From positions 21,762,001 to 21,826,000 of the forward strand of contig JAQFVV010000005.1 in the NCBI GenBank assembly GCA_028023455.1: 64,000 bases of DNA, in the 5' to 3' direction. Below are positions 62,800 to 64,000 of the stretch, one piece after another; position 1 is the stretch's first letter; each line of letters begins with the position of its first letter. The notes below the pieces were generated by a model that saw only the letters and a program-made list of their open reading frames with translations, ran no database searches and was not told the DNA's origin. This stretch comes from Epiperipatus broadwayi (lineage: Eukaryota > Animalia > Onychophora). The translations under genes were made by a program, and so were the position numbers.

Positions 62800-64000
62800 T
62801 TATATAGAGCTGCCTTTTGAATACTGCAAACTGATAACTAATAAAAACTTTTTATTTTTGAAAAACCTAATAAAATCTAAGTTAATACTATCCGAAATAT
62901 ATTTCATGGAGAGGCTATAACTATTAAATTTGATCAACAACTCTTTCAACTTCTCATTATTATAAATGATCACATGATCTAACAATTTTAAAAAGTAATA
63001 ATCCACATCAATAACCTTTTTTAAAAAAAAAAAAAGTTATATAAGCATTTACAACAAATCAAAAGAAAAATAATTATCCAAAAGCATTTTTATAATTTTT
63101 AATGTGTTTATTGCTGATATACATTTCAATACCCAATTATCTTGACGCTTGAAATTATTAATTCTATCAAATGCCTCAAATTGTGAAACGAAGTATATTT
63201 ATCAAAACTAATATTAATAAGAAATTAATAAGAAAATATCAAATTTTATCAAACATTCTCATTAAAATCAAAAATAAATTTAAAGATCTTATCTGGCTTA
63301 TAAATCTTAACATTATTTAGCTATAACTAAATCTCTAGAATAAGAACTCAAATTATCTATTTAAAATATTATGCTTTTTAAAATTCCTGATTATACAAAT
63401 TTTTATTTTTATATACAAACCACAGGATTTTTATCTGAATAAATATTTATTTTTATTCATTTTTTATCTTAAAATTTAATCCTTTTACAATCACACATCT
63501 CCTTTATTTTTTTTTTAATAAGATAAATATCATTAGTTTCATTTATCTACTTCAATAGAATTTAATCTAGAACATTCTTTTTAATCCTCCATTCCAATTA
63601 GCCAACTATCTTTTAAACCACTGTTTTATAATGAAAAGCACATCCTTAGAATCTTTATAAAAATATACAGTTTTCTTTCATTAAAATTAGCATTGGAATG
63701 ATTAACAATATTATTATTAATGAAATATTAACCTTTCTCCTCCTATCCCAATTAATAGACTTCATATAATATTTAATATAACCAATAGGTTTATATTTTC
63801 TTCATATTTAAACAATAACTATTCTAATTTTTTAATACAATGAACCTAAATGAAATCTACATCTAATTGACATTTTAATAAAGGAATTTTAAGTATTTTA
63901 CCTAAAATAAATTTCTTAAACTGATCTTATGTTAGTTGCATTTGTAGACTACATATTGATGGAGCCACTATATACACAATAAAATAAATAAGAATAAGCT
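62800..64000 (-). mobile_element. Possible very old L1/Tx1-like endonuclease region
   Basis: Strand-asymmetric, coding-like composition and a weak IN.Y.TN motif near 63940; heavily mutated. Confidence 0.25.

Noticed and set aside
1-64000. CRISPR array, rRNA or intact tRNA genes; autonomous Penelope ORF
   Set aside because: None seen: no regularly spaced repeat-spacer array, no full cloverleaf, and no RT + GIY-YIG reading frame.

Overview
Very AT-rich, repeat-dense eukaryotic DNA, most likely from an invertebrate animal; the species cannot be fixed from the sequence. The only confident host gene call is the first coding exon of flotillin-2 (minus strand, 11110-11158, MGNIFTVGPNEALVISG), so 1-11109 is read as its intron 1. 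There is a weak PP4-catalytic-subunit-like start exon and three promoter-like zones. Most of the rest is decayed mobile DNA: a gypsy element with nested insertions, Merlin, piggyBac and several hAT transposase remnants, MITEs, and RTE, Vingi-like and possibly L1-like LINE fragments. Main result: three unrelated non-coding repeat families carry type I hammerhead ribozymes (6 intact or near-intact cores, 3 damaged), as in animal retrozymes or Penelope pseudo-LTRs. These and two ribozyme-less families (10 insertions in all) share one architecture: an inverted arm joined head-to-head to a sense arm that runs about 30-60 nt further (a tail). Most are flanked by a 12-16 bp target-site duplication. 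No autonomous Penelope-like ORF is visible. All coordinates, pairings and translations were read by eye; no searches or folding programs were run.
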